In this document: positions 20,241 to 32,034 of the stretch, piece after piece
Layout of the letters: each line of letters starts with the position of its first letter
Numbering within the stretch: the stretch's first letter is position 1
NCBI GenBank assembly: GCA_051599415.1
Contig: AP039695.1
Location: 372,001 to 436,000, forward strand
Direction: 5' to 3'
Length of the DNA: 64,000 nucleotides
DNA from: Savitreella phatthalungensis
Lineage: Eukaryota
Notes under the pieces: generated by a model
What the model was told of the DNA's origin: nothing
The model's database searches: none
Seen by the model: the letters and a program-made list of their open reading frames with translations, nothing else
Made by a program: the position numbers and the translations under genes

Positions 20241-21530
20241 ATGGCCAGGGCTTTCCCGACCAAGAATGCGGCGCGCAGAGCGGCTCGAAAGGAAAAGAGA
20301 GCCTCCGTGCATGTGGCTTCACCGGCTCGACAGCCGGGTCCGCCTGGGGAGACCCGAATGGGAGCTCCTGGAAGCGAGCCGATAACCTCGATCGAGCTCG
20401 ATCCGATCTTCGCTGGCGTTGCGCTGCGCTTCGCAGATTCAGAGGCTAAGCGACGATCTACGGCACTATCGGCGACACAGTCTCAGCCGGCTGATTCGCT
20501 CTTGACGTCAAGTCCGGCGCTGAGCCACGAGCTCGGCATCGACAGCGAGCAAGCAGAGGAAGTTTCACGACTTGGCAAAGCCAAAATGCCGCGTCGCCGC
20601 CTTCCCGTCGCGATTCTCAAACAGCGGTCGAATGCTCCACAAGTTGTGGATTGGTGCGATGTGTCTGCATCGGATCCTCTCCTGCTGGTTGAGCTCAAGA
20701 GGTCGCGGAATTCAGTTCCTGTTCCCAGTCATTGGCAAGCTAAGAAGGACTATCTGTCGAACAAGAAAGGCTTCGAGAAGCGACCTTTCGAACTACCTGC
20801 ATTCATCAGTGCTACGGGCATCGGAGCGTTGCGCGCTGCTGCGAATGACTTGAGAGACGAACAGAGTCTCAAAGAACAGATGCGAGCCCGCGTGCAGCCG
20901 AAGATGGGGCGTCTCGATGTCGACTACCAAAAGCTACATGATGCATTCTTTCGCTTCCAGTCGAAACCTGTGATGAGCGGCTTTGGTGAGACATTCTTTG
21001 ACGGTAAAGAAAGTGAGGCGACGGTGCTGCATCGTCAGCCAGGCCGGCTGTCAGATGAGCTGCAAGAGGCGCTGGGCATTGTGCCTGGCTCACCACCGCC
21101 GTGGCTTTTCGCAATGCAGAAGCTTGGTCCTCCTCCAGCTTACCCGGCTCTCCGAATACCTGGTGTCAATGCGCCACTACCTTCTGGCGCACAATGGGGA
21201 TACCATGCTGGAGGCTGGGGAAGACCGTCGAACGTCCTATCGTCCGGCGAGCAAAACACGGCCTCGGCGACGCCGTTTATCCTTCGGATGGACGAGCAGA
21301 TCATGGCCCCTGGCCATCAGCGTTTGCAGTACTGGGGACACATGCCTGAGCTTGCTGTCGAGCCCGAGGTCGAAGACCAACCGTCACCTGATGATGCGAT
21401 GGTCGACGACGCAGTAGATGCTGCCCAACGTGGCCGTGAACGGTCCCGTGATTTTCACGAGGATTTGTCAACGATGATCAATGAAGAGGCACGTCAAGCC
21501 GGCCCAAAACGAACAGTGACAAGAGCTTGA
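20241..21530 (+). CDS. SF3B2: U2 snRNP SF3b subunit 2 (Sap145/Cus1)
   Basis: DPLLLVELKRSRNSVPVPSHW, RVQPKMGRLDVDYQKLHDAFF, PPPWL...GPPPAYP and WGYHAGGWG (DUF382 + PSP domains). Confidence 0.93.
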   Translation: MARAFPTKNAARRAARKEKRASVHVASPARQPGPPGETRMGAPGSEPITSIELDPIFAGVALRFADSEAKRRSTALSATQSQPADSLLTSSPALSHELGIDSEQAEEVSRLGKAKMPRRRLPVAILKQRSNAPQVVDWCDVSASDPLLLVELKRSRNSVPVPSHWQAKKDYLSNKKGFEKRPFELPAFISATGIGALRAAANDLRDEQSLKEQMRARVQPKMGRLDVDYQKLHDAFFRFQSKPVMSGFGETFFDGKESEATVLHRQPGRLSDELQEALGIVPGSPPPWLFAMQKLGPPPAYPALRIPGVNAPLPSGAQWGYHAGGWGRPSNVLSSGEQNTASATPFILRMDEQIMAPGHQRLQYWGHMPELAVEPEVEDQPSPDDAMVDDAVDAAQRGRERSRDFHEDLSTMINEEARQAGPKRTVTRA

Positions 21531-21636
21531 CTGGACTGTGGTCGACAGAACAATCGGCGATGATGATAGTGATAATGATTATGATGACTACGACTTATGT
21601 CAAGACACTCAGTAACTCGTCATAACATGCGGAAGC

Positions 21637-22215
21637 TTAATCCTCCTTCTTGGCTGTGCTCGCCTTCTGCTCGAGCTTTTCAATCGATGCCTTGTCGGTT
21701 TGAGCATCAGCATTGCCGGTCGCACCGCCGAAGAGACCTGGCGCAGCCTTAAAAGGCCTCTTGTTATCGCCCGTCGCGGGCTTGCCGAAGACGTGAATAG
21801 AAGCAAGCTTCGTCTCGAATGCATTTTTAACGGGCAAAATACTTTGAACGAGGAGCGGCTGGCTGAACTTGAAGTACAGGTGCATGACGGCCATCATCGC
21901 AACCCCCATGAGAGCGCCCTTGAAGCCCTTTTGAAGCTCAAGCATATCATATTCCTTTACGGTCGTGGTAACGAGCGAAGGCTCGCTCTTTCCAGACATG
22001 GGAGCAGCAGGCTCCACATATTTCAACGTCGTGAGATCGTTCTGCTTCTGAATGCGCGTGTACTGATAGAAATAAGCGAGTGCGATAATGATGTTGGACG
22101 TGACGTAGAGGACGCGAACGTAGAACAGTGTCGTCGGATCATCAAAATCGACCTTACGAGCGAGCTGCATGACGCCGAGCGTCACAGCCAAGTTAGTGAT
22201 CGCTGGATTCACCAT
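21637..22215 (-). CDS. PHO88: Pho88/Snd3 SRP-independent targeting protein
   Basis: NDLTTLKYVEP, TTVKEYD, MHLYFKFSQPLLVQSI and GKPATGDNKRPFK. Confidence 0.93.
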   Translation of the reverse strand: MVNPAITNLAVTLGVMQLARKVDFDDPTTLFYVRVLYVTSNIIIALAYFYQYTRIQKQNDLTTLKYVEPAAPMSGKSEPSLVTTTVKEYDMLELQKGFKGALMGVAMMAVMHLYFKFSQPLLVQSILPVKNAFETKLASIHVFGKPATGDNKRPFKAAPGLFGGATGNADAQTDKASIEKLEQKASTAKKED

Positions 22216-23213
22216 GAGGAATATGTACGATGCGAAAGTTTGACGTTACGCCTGAAAATACGGCAGCGGAATGTCTTGATTGTGCCTGTGTTCCCGGGAT
22301 GCGTGTGAGTCTCGGCCCGTCTGGGTGGTTGCGTACGTGGCCTCGTCAATTTGCAGCACACACGCCAAGTAGCCTGACCTAGCTGTCCGCCGCACCGAAT
22401 ATATTATACACTAGTGAAAATGCACATGACATTTCGACTGTCGACAGTACTGTGCGTGTAAATTATCCATGGTGGCTCTGCGAACTGTCTATCCAGTCTT
22501 CAAAGCATAAAGGTTGAAAATCAGGAGTTTCTCTCGACAGCTTCGAGAATGCATGCATAATGATATTTGTTGGCTGGCGCGAAATCAGAGGTGGGTTGTG
22601 AGGATGGAGATATAGCAAATATTATTCTAAATTCCCGCGTAGTCCTAGTGTCTTAGCAGTGGACTGCTCGAATTTTGTGGCACGGTCAAATACTTCGTTC
22701 ATATTCTAGGTCAAGTTGCCGTTCTCAAGTTCTGTTTCCAGTTGTGATGTGGAAGCGGTCCAATAGTTACTGATCACTGATGTTGGATTTTGTCAACGTA
22801 CTAAAGGCTACATTGTCATGTACGTCCTGCAACGCGACACTCTCCCATTTAGAATTTATTGTGGCTTGATCGACCTGTTCATCCCAGCCCAGAGCCCAGC
22901 TGGGCCTTGGCCACACCCAAGCTGGGCCATTTGGAGCGAAATCAGAATGAGTACACGTACACGTGCAAGCGTCCGCACTGACAGCCTGCATCTTGGTGTT
23001 AGGCGCCGGCTGGAGAAGAGAATGCTACACTATTGGCACATATCATGCAGGTGAGCGCGATACGAAGATACAAGGACGCCCAATCCGTGGAAGTCACATC
23101 GATCCTGGGCGGAAGAGAGTGCGGACTGCATCTTCTGCGACAAGTGAGCCTTTCGTCGTTGCCGTCAAGCAAAGTCGCGGCTACAATTAGACCGTAAGAG
23201 ACGCTATAGAACC

Positions 23214-23249
23214 GATTACACGGCAGATTGCACGACAGATTGCAGGACA
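23214..23249. repeat. Three imperfect tandem 12-mers
   Basis: gattacacggca gattgcacgaca gattgcaggaca. Confidence 0.6.
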
Positions 23250-23450
23250 AATACAGGTGTAGCCCGATATCGAGAGATTGGGCGACGCAACGAAGCAGGT
23301 TGTGTTGTGACGACTCCGAGGTTCTCCCAGCAATATTATCCAGTCAAATACAGTCACTTTCTTGACTTGACTTGTACGAGCACAATACCTTTGGTAGATT
23401 CAAGATACTGCTCGGCAGCAGCTTTATATCACTCGAGCGCCTTTCGAAGC

Positions 23451-23768
23451 ATGATGGCGTGCTCAGTGCCGAAGGAAACCTTCCTTGCGAAGCTGGCCGC
23501 ATTCAAAGATTGTCAAGGAAGCATCGCAACCACCAGCCTCGGCGGCGATATAGAAGAGCTCAAGCTGAGCCAGCGCTTGGAGAAGAAAGGAGCTATCCAG
23601 TTCGAAGCTCTCATGCATGGTGCGGCATCGAATGAATCGTTCTGCACGCTTGTCAATTCTGATGAGCTTGATGCTTTCCTCAATGCATACACAGAATTAA
23701 TGCGAGCTACGCTTTCGCACGGGCTGAAGAAGCGGGAACGCAAAAAGCAGGTTCCTAAGAAGCAGTGA
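23451..23768 (+). CDS. SRP14: Signal recognition particle 14 kDa subunit
   Basis: About 105 aa: ETFLAKL...GSI...TLVNSDELDAFLNAYTELMRATLSHGLKKRERKK matches the SRP14 C-terminal pattern. Confidence 0.75.
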   Translation: MMACSVPKETFLAKLAAFKDCQGSIATTSLGGDIEELKLSQRLEKKGAIQFEALMHGAASNESFCTLVNSDELDAFLNAYTELMRATLSHGLKKRERKKQVPKKQ

Positions 23769-23837
23769 AACGATCATCGGATTGGAAAAAGAGTCTAGTT
23801 CGTGGATGTTTGTGGCAGGTGTGTGACTCGAAATGAC

Positions 23838-24904
23838 TCAGTGCTTGGATGTTGCTTTCTCACCGGTCAGTTTCTCCACGTAGGCCTTCGCGTAGTCACC
23901 TAAGGTGACCATGCAAAGCGTTTGCCAGATACCGAGGCAGACACGGGGTGTGACACCACGGTAGAGACCGCGGAAGCCGTTGGTCTGGTAAATGTACTTG
24001 AAGGTGCCACCGACGCCAAGGTTGCTCGGCTTGCTCGGATCCTTCTTCATACTCTGCATTTCCACACGAATGATCTCGATAGGCTGATTCCAGCAGCTCA
24101 GACCGCCGCCAAGAGCGGAGCAGCCGATCTTCTCGTAGACGTTCAGTCCGGAGCCCTTCTCTTTTTTGGTAATGGATCTGACCCAGTCTTCTGCAAGACG
24201 AGATAGCCCAATACGCGAGCCCCAATTCGTGCATTGCCTGATGGCGACGGCGTTGACACCGCGATTGATGCCCCTGATACCTTCTGCACGCCAGATATCT
24301 GCGAAGACGCGGAACGTTGACGGTGGCTTGACGCCAGCCTCCATGGCCTTGTGCCGTGTGATCTCGGCTGTCTTGAGATTCGTGCAGAATCCCATCTATA
24401 CTGTCAGTCTCTGGAACGATGAATCACTGCGCAAGACGGAGATGCAAGATAGGGATATACTTACGGTAGCGTATGCTTGCGCTACACCGCCACCCATTCC
24501 GCCGAGAATTCCGGCGACAAAGGGGGAAGCTCCGTTCACGCGTGCCACGTACTCGAGTTCACTCGCAGTGAACAGGAGCACTGCGCCTTTGCTTGAAGCC
24601 TCGATCCAGGCCCAGGGGATCAGGCCTTGGTAATAGCCAAGAACGCCTCCACGAGCCCAGGTCTTGCGGAATGCAGTCAGCAGTCCATCCGTTCTGTTGG
24701 CGGCCATGTGAGTTTTTAGAACCTCAAAGGGCTGACCTAGCGTTGAGACCTCGAACATGTTGAGACCAGCACCAAGGAGCAGATTCGAGTAAGCTGTGCG
24801 GTCAGCATCCCATAGGTGGATGACGGCAAGACATTGGAGGATTGACGGAGCTTACAAACTGGCTTCTTCTTCGGGATTTGACCCGTTGCGAGAGCTTCTG
24901 CCAT
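23838..24904 (-). CDS. YHM2: Mitochondrial citrate/2-oxoglutarate carrier, three exons (introns 24794-24855 and 24396-24464)
   Basis: Spliced product [44 protein letters not shown]...[11 protein letters not shown]...QAYATMGFCT...RQCTNWGSR. Both introns have GTAAG donor, CTGAC branch and YAG acceptor. Confidence 0.93.
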
Positions 24905-25565
24905 ACTAGTGATTCACGAATTGACCACTTTCGAGCGACTATAGAGAGGATCACTGTGCAAGATGGTGTCCTTGTATGTCGAGACAGTGTTCTAGGGCTA
25001 TGCAGGATTTCCGTGTTTGCTTGGGTGTCGCCTGTCCTGCTGCTCCTATTGCTGCTACCTGGTTTCGCTACAGCCCCAATACGTACAAATAAAAAGGGAA
25101 ACGCGCCGCACAGGCTGATGGCTGAGACGCGACCAATGAGCCTGGCTGGCCCCCAACGAACCAATGAATGATCTCAATTCTTGGATCGCCCGGAAGGACG
25201 ACCCCAGGACGGGTGAAATTAGCGTTGGCGTCCAAAGCTCAAAGAAAGGGAAAAAAAAAAAGAAAGAAAGAGTGATCGCGCAGTTCCGAAGGATCAATTT
25301 AAAGGTCTTCAACCGTACATGGAGTGTAGTCCTCACATCTATGAGTATTGCCAAAGTCCCGCAGGCGGCTGATTCACGCAAGTCAGGTCCCCACAAACCT
25401 CACGTCTTGATGGCCGACCAGGCCCTCTAGACATAGTCATTAAACATCGGCCCTCGAAAACTGCTGCTCCATTCCACACCTCCGTGTGGAATCTAGATCA
25501 AAAGCGCCGTTCGTCCTCGTCGTTCAGCTTGGGGAGTAAAGAGATGTGTGAGGCTAAGACAGGCC

Positions 25566-27275
25566 TCAGGACTCTGCAGGACGCCTATGCGCGCGTCGCA
25601 GAGACAGTAGGATATCTTTTTTGCGAATCTCGTCTTCCAGGCCTGTCCGATCTCCGAAGACAGCGTCCATCTGTTCTAATGTTGCACCCTTCGTTTCTGG
25701 CACGAAGAAATATGTCCACATGGCCGCCAGCATACACATCGAAGCGAAAAAGACGTACGTCCCATAGCCGATGCCACTGAACATCGCCGGAGTGATTAGA
25801 CCGATGATGAAGTTGTTCAACCAATTGCTGCATGTCGACAGGGCGGTGCCCTTCGCTCGCAGGCTGCTTGGAAATATCTCGCTAGGCATGCTCCAGGGTA
25901 TGGGTCCCCAAGAGATTCCATACGCGATCATGAAGACTAGGATGAAAGCCACACCGACCCAGCCTGCGGCATGATGTTGAGTCCAACTATCGCCGTAGAG
26001 CCCCACCATAGCGGCAACCAGAGTGTGGCAGACACACATTCCCAAAGCACCATAGATCAGCAATGGACGCCTCCCAACTCGATCGATTAGCGGTATGCTG
26101 AGGCTAACGCCGATGAGCTGCATCATATTCATGACGCCGCCCATGATTAGCCCTGACTCATAGCTGAGGCCGACTGAGGAGAAGACAAGTGGCGCGTAGT
26201 AAATAAGTGCATTGATGGCAGACCACTGACCGCCTGCCTGCAACCCGAGTCCGACGATAGTCCTTCGCCAGTAGGCTCGCCTAAAAAGACGCCTGTAGCC
26301 GCGTAGTTCCCCGCGCACAGTTATGGCCGAAGTCGCGTCACGAGAGTTATCATCAGCCGCACGCACTTCGCGCTCAAAGGTAGCATCTGCTTCAATCAGG
26401 AACCATTCATCAAGAACAATCGGGTCGTCGATGGTACTGTTACGTATGCGTGCCAAGACCACGAGCCCTTCTTGGTTGCGTTGCTGCAGTGCTAACCATC
26501 GAGGGCTGTATGGCAGGAGGACACTCCCGGCCCCAAGAATCAGAGCAGGCAAGACCTGCAGCAAGAACGGTAGGCGGAAGGTCCATTCGCTATATCCATT
26601 CCCGATGAAGCGGGTGCCGTAGGTGATCCAGTACGCTAGCACGATGCCAAATACGATGCACCATTCTTCCATGACCAACAAACTGCCTCGGATATCCGCT
26701 GGCGCTATCTCAGCCATGTAAAGTGGAGCGACCATACTCAGCATGCCAATCCCTATGCCTCCTACGAAGCGACCCACAACCAGAACAGGATAAGAGCCCG
26801 CGGCAGTCTGCATGATGCTGCCGGCACCGAAGATAACGACTGCAAACATGATACTTTTTCGGCGCGAGTACTTGTCAGCGATCCAGCCTTGATTGAAAGC
26901 GCCAATCAGGGCTCCTAGCTCGATCATTGCAGTCATCAAACCTTTGTAGAAATCGGCATGATCAGAGCCTGGAGCGAGAGCTGGAAATCGCTTGAAGAAC
27001 GGTTCCAGCGTAATGATGATAGAGATGACGCCCTGATCATACCCGAACAGGATACCACCTAGAGAGGCAAAGAGGCAGCACGAGATCACATATCTGTTGG
27101 TCCTGGACGTGTACTGATCAACAGACTGCCGCCGTTCATGCTCAGCCAGCAAGGATCTTTCGGATATCGAATCTATCGTGCCTTTGTGCTTCTGCCTTGT
27201 GTCACACTGCCTGTAATCCGTCGTACATGGAAAGTCACCCGCATGAACGTGTCCTTCTCGTTCGTTGCCCGACAT
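25566..27275 (-). CDS. MFS sugar porter family transporter
   Basis: GGILFGYDQGVIS, ADKYSRR, PLYMAEIAPADIRG, PYSPRWL, IDRVGRRPLL, SWGPIPW and PETKG. Confidence 0.93.
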   Translation of the reverse strand: MSGNEREGHVHAGDFPCTTDYRQCDTRQKHKGTIDSISERSLLAEHERRQSVDQYTSRTNRYVISCCLFASLGGILFGYDQGVISIIITLEPFFKRFPALAPGSDHADFYKGLMTAMIELGALIGAFNQGWIADKYSRRKSIMFAVVIFGAGSIMQTAAGSYPVLVVGRFVGGIGIGMLSMVAPLYMAEIAPADIRGSLLVMEEWCIVFGIVLAYWITYGTRFIGNGYSEWTFRLPFLLQVLPALILGAGSVLLPYSPRWLALQQRNQEGLVVLARIRNSTIDDPIVLDEWFLIEADATFEREVRAADDNSRDATSAITVRGELRGYRRLFRRAYWRRTIVGLGLQAGGQWSAINALIYYAPLVFSSVGLSYESGLIMGGVMNMMQLIGVSLSIPLIDRVGRRPLLIYGALGMCVCHTLVAAMVGLYGDSWTQHHAAGWVGVAFILVFMIAYGISWGPIPWSMPSEIFPSSLRAKGTALSTCSNWLNNFIIGLITPAMFSGIGYGTYVFFASMCMLAAMWTYFFVPETKGATLEQMDAVFGDRTGLEDEIRKKDILLSLRRAHRRPAES

Positions 27276-28283
27276 GTTCTGTGCCGCGCGCGCTTGTCTA
27301 TTTGTAAGACTCTAAGCAATCACTTCCGCTTCTTGAAGACGGCATACTATGCTGCGCTTGACTCAGGCCTCTTCCTATTCCAATGTGAGCATCCTCTTCT
27401 GACTGAAATCCATCGAATTCATATGTCACACATTTCAACGGCTGACTGAGATTTCGAGAAAGTTGCACGTGCATTGTAGTTTCTGTCATTCAGCAACCAA
27501 GCTAGAGCGATAGTGACTTGGTAATGATGCAAGAAAATCCCCTCATTGCTGCTCCGACGAGTGTACATCTGTATATGACAGAATGTCTTAGTCGGCCTGT
27601 TGCCATGCTGACTGAGCATGACCTGTCCGAGCGATGGAGTAGCGCTCGTGACGATCACGTCAGCCGCGACGACTTCATAATTTGCGTCGCACGTGCCTGG
27701 GAACGGGCCCGCATCAGAGGCTCACCTGCGCAGGTTCGCAGCCGCAGAGCTGTTCGCGCAGGCACCCACTCCTGGAGCTGCGAGGTCTAGCCAGACGATT
27801 CTCATCTCGACACGGTCTTTGCGATGAGCGTTCGTGCTGGTTGATCATGCAAAAACATAGCGTTTCCTTTTTCAGATTCTCCATGCTCATCTGGACTGAG
27901 CACACCATCTATCTCCCTCAGTCCAGCGCTCCAGTGGAGCTCGAAATGCTTCTTGGTTTGCATTAATTGGCGAGATATCCCTGTGTAGTCCACGCAAATA
28001 GAGATAAATGATAGGGGGCTGACATTCGGATAATTGCGCTCCGTTGACTGCAGAATGACCGATCTCACTACCTGCATTCGAACCCCCACGGAATTTCAGT
28101 TTTGGCTTGCCTCGATCACGACGGAATTCATACCCCGGGTTTTGCAGCCACGGACCATCGTCATATGTTCCAGACCTCTCCAATGCATTCATCATGCGCA
28201 GCCATATATAAAGCATCACATCCTTCCTTCCTCAAACGCTACAGATCAGAAGTCTGATCGTACGCACGGTCGTAGCCTTCATC

Positions 28284-30545
28284 ATGTCCAACACAGTTGG
28301 AGGTGAGCGCGGGGAAGCTGCCCAGGAACCCGGCGTGACCTTTGCCGGTCAGGCTGATCTGAAGCAATTGCCGATTCCTGATCTTGAAGATACAGTGAAA
28401 CGCTATCTGCTCGCTGTACGACCATTCCAAGACGATCGAGAATGGTCATCGACTCAGCAGGCGGCTCAGGAGTTTCTGCAAAAGGAAGGTCCAGTTCTAC
28501 AGGACCGGCTGAAGCGATACGCGGCTGATAAGGTGTCGTACATCGAGCAATTCTGGTTCGACTCATACCTGAACTACGACAACCCAGTCGTACTCAACCT
28601 GAATCCTTTCTTCCTCTTGGAGGACGATCCGACCCCAGCACGTGCAAATCAGGTGACCCGCGCGGCATCTCTCACGATCTCCTCCCTTTGCTTCCTACGG
28701 TGCCTAAGACGGCAGGAACTAAAGCCTGACATGATCCGCGGAGCACCCCTTGACATGTCGCAGTATCGCAGACTTTTCGGAACGGCGCGCATCCCGACAG
28801 CACACGGTTGCGAGATGAGAACCGACGACAAAGCAAGCCACATCGTCGTGCTTTGTCGATCGCAGTTCTATTGGTTTGATGTGTTGGACAGCAACTCCGA
28901 TATCATTATCAGCGAAAAAGATCTCGCGGAGAACTTTTCCGCCATCATCGAAGATGCCCATGCAACGCCACGTGCTGAGGCAGCGAAGAGCGCGATTGGT
29001 GTCCTAACGTCAGAAAGTCGATCAGTTTGGGCAGACCTACGCCATCAGATTGCTAGCGGACCGCCTGGCGACAATAATCGCGAATGTCTAGAAATCATCG
29101 ACAAGGCATTATTTGTTGTATGTCTGGATGATACAGAACCGTCTGATAGGGCAGAAGTGTCGGAAAACATGCTCTGCGGCTCCTATGATATCGCTACGGG
29201 TGTTCAGATTGGCACATGTACAAATCGATGGTACGATAAGCTCCAGCTCATCATATGTCGTAACGGCTCTGCCGGCGTTAATTTTGAGCACACCGGTGTT
29301 GACGGTCACACTGTTTTGCGCTTCGTCTCGGATATCTATACGGATACAATTATGCGATTCGCCAAAACCATCAACCCTGCCGCGCCTGATCTGTGGCCCT
29401 CAACGTCGCCTGATCCCGCAAAGCGTGACCCTGAGTCGTTCGGTGATGTGGATTCGACCCCTCACAAGCTTGAATGGCGGCTCAACTCCGATCTGACTAT
29501 AGGTATACGCTTTGCAGAGACTCGATTGTCTGATCTGATTCTTCAGAATGAAGTGAAAGTGCTTGAATACAGCGGCTATGGCAGCAACCTAATCAAGCAG
29601 GCCGGATTCTCTCCTGACGCGTTCGTCCAGATGGCGTTTCAAGCTGCTTATTATGGGCTCTATGGTCGCATTCAGAGTGTATACGAGCCGGCGATGACAA
29701 AAGCATTCCTACATGGACGCACCGAGGCCATTCGCTCAATGACGCAAGAATCGTCCAATTTTGTCAAGCGGTTCTGCGAAGATGTTAGGCCGCAAATCAA
29801 GTATGATGCCCTACAAAAGGCTTGTAAGCGCCACACGTCCATAACACGGGAATGCTCAGCAGGCCAAGGCCAAGATCGCCATCTCTATGCTTTGTTCAAG
29901 ATGTGGGAGCAACAGCAGGCAGAAGAGAAGGCGCAAAGGAGGGAGAACGATCACATCTCGAATGGGCCGACTGGATCCTTGCGACCGCGGTCAGCGTCGC
30001 CCGGTGGGGAGTCAGCTGTGGACATGCCTGCGCTGTTCGCTGATTGCGGCTGGGATCGGCTCAACAACACCATTCTGTCGACCTCTAATTGTGGAAATCC
30101 TGCTTTGCGCATGTTTGGATTCGGTCCGACGTCACTTGATGGTTTTGGTATCGGCTACATCATCAAGGAGAATTCCATCTCGATATGCGCGGCCTCCAAA
30201 CATCGACAAACGCAGCGCTATCTGGACACGCTCGCAGCCTATTTCCTTGAAATTCGTGTTCTTCTTCGGCAAGTGGAAGAATTACGGGGGGAGAGCCGTC
30301 TGCAACACCGTAGACCCGAGGACAAGCACAAAAGCGCGAGGTCTGGGCGTAGGGTCGTGGTAGAGCCCACGGGACAGACAGAGCCGGACGACGATGGCGG
30401 TGACGGCATGTTGGGCGGCTATGGTTATTTTGACATCGATTCCTTGGCAAGAGACGTGGCGAAGTTGGCCAGTCGCCAGACGCACCAGGAGTCATCACTC
30501 AGGCGGGCCGGTGTAGGTAAGAGACTGCGACTGGGGGAATATTGA
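28284..30545 (+). CDS. YAT1: Carnitine O-acetyltransferase (Yat1/FacC type)
   Basis: LPIPDLEDT, NRWYDKLQ, NFEHTGVDGHTVLR (catalytic His), SPDAFVQMAFQ, HGRTE and LSTSNCG. Confidence 0.92.
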   Translation: MSNTVGGERGEAAQEPGVTFAGQADLKQLPIPDLEDTVKRYLLAVRPFQDDREWSSTQQAAQEFLQKEGPVLQDRLKRYAADKVSYIEQFWFDSYLNYDNPVVLNLNPFFLLEDDPTPARANQVTRAASLTISSLCFLRCLRRQELKPDMIRGAPLDMSQYRRLFGTARIPTAHGCEMRTDDKASHIVVLCRSQFYWFDVLDSNSDIIISEKDLAENFSAIIEDAHATPRAEAAKSAIGVLTSESRSVWADLRHQIASGPPGDNNRECLEIIDKALFVVCLDDTEPSDRAEVSENMLCGSYDIATGVQIGTCTNRWYDKLQLIICRNGSAGVNFEHTGVDGHTVLRFVSDIYTDTIMRFAKTINPAAPDLWPSTSPDPAKRDPESFGDVDSTPHKLEWRLNSDLTIGIRFAETRLSDLILQNEVKVLEYSGYGSNLIKQAGFSPDAFVQMAFQAAYYGLYGRIQSVYEPAMTKAFLHGRTEAIRSMTQESSNFVKRFCEDVRPQIKYDALQKACKRHTSITRECSAGQGQDRHLYALFKMWEQQQAEEKAQRRENDHISNGPTGSLRPRSASPGGESAVDMPALFADCGWDRLNNTILSTSNCGNPALRMFGFGPTSLDGFGIGYIIKENSISICAASKHRQTQRYLDTLAAYFLEIRVLLRQVEELRGESRLQHRRPEDKHKSARSGRRVVVEPTGQTEPDDDGGDGMLGGYGYFDIDSLARDVAKLASRQTHQESSLRRAGVGKRLRLGEY

Positions 30546-32034
30546 TGCTACCCTTGCGTCAGGCTCACTCGATAGAGCCATCGTTTTCGAAATCAGTTCT
30601 CGATCACTTTCCGTGACAAGGTTCCCGAGCGCCGTTCGTGGTGATACAGCTCTCGTATATACTCAGGTCGCATGTCCTCATTTCGACAGCCTGTCCGTCC
30701 ATTAATTCCGCGGGGGACATGACAAATTCCAGAAACGACGCTTCAGTACGATTCGGTATCGTGAAGCGCAGTACGCATAGCAATAGCGAAGCCGCACACT
30801 GAATAACACAGGGTGGATACTTGCGATCTAGTTGACAATATCCTCCCCGATCCGCACAAAGGACAGGGCTGTCCCGGTGATCCACATGTCGCATCTGTAT
30901 CAGAGCAATGTTGCCGCTTATGCACGCACTTTTGATGGAGCTCGACTCATAGCTTTTATAAGAAGGCAAACTGCATTGGGGACATCTGTCTCGTAGTGTT
31001 TACTACATCAATTGGTCAATGCTGAAGCACGTACGTGAATACTAATGGACGACATCGGCCGACCTGGCTAGAGTTTTTTTTGATACCCACCATCTGACAA
31101 ACCACCATCTGAACAACTTGGCCACCCTTACTTTGGAAGACGCTCTGATTTCAGGTGACTGCATAGATATCACACGTGCTCGTGGCTTCGAAATGAAATA
31201 GCCGACATTTCGCTGTAGACCTGTTGGATTCAGAGACGCGCCGGGATTGCAGAGAGCTGGTGGAGTTTTCGCATACATGATGGCCATGAACCTGATAATT
31301 ATTAGCCTCTGTAGTATAGCCGGTGATTAAAATAGGATATATTTGATATAATACATATATGAGTTCGATGATGATTGGAAGGACATATAGTGATACCAAT
31401 CAATGGCTAATTGTACGTATATTCAGGGCTTTACAATAATTCATTGAATATCTGAATATTACATCGAATGAAAACTTGATCTGTACGGTAGATATTTCTG
31501 AAAACCGAATTTCACGCGACCTTTTGTTATTGATTCGTGGAAAATAATTTATTTCGACCTGCTTTAGACCTCGTAAATTTGGCCAGCACGCTCACATAGC
31601 TGAGCTCTGTCTCCTGTCAGCTTGGCTGGCTACATGTCTGCATACTGCCTACCTGCATTCAAGTTTTGCCTGCAATAATGGTCAGTCGGTGAGTCGGTCA
31701 GCTGGACTAGCTGGCCTGCTTTTACCAGTCGAATCGCGATCGATCGCTCGTCCGCCCTCTCGAGCGTTTCGTCGCACCCATCTTTGGTGCGCCCGCTCGT
31801 GCAAGCAATTTCGGGCATCACTACCCTCGTGCACAGCCTGGACGGCATCGTAACGCTGAGTATCAGGTCGAGAAGCGGCCATCTCGCCTTGAAGCTCACT
31901 CCGTCTTCGCGCCATAGTCTCGGTAGCCTGCTTGCGCCAGCTGCTAGTGCTATTATTCCCGAGCCCGACCTCTGTCAAACCGTAATCCAGTCGGCATCAG
32001 ATCGAGAGCGCCGGCTTGGCCGACGAAGACCAGA

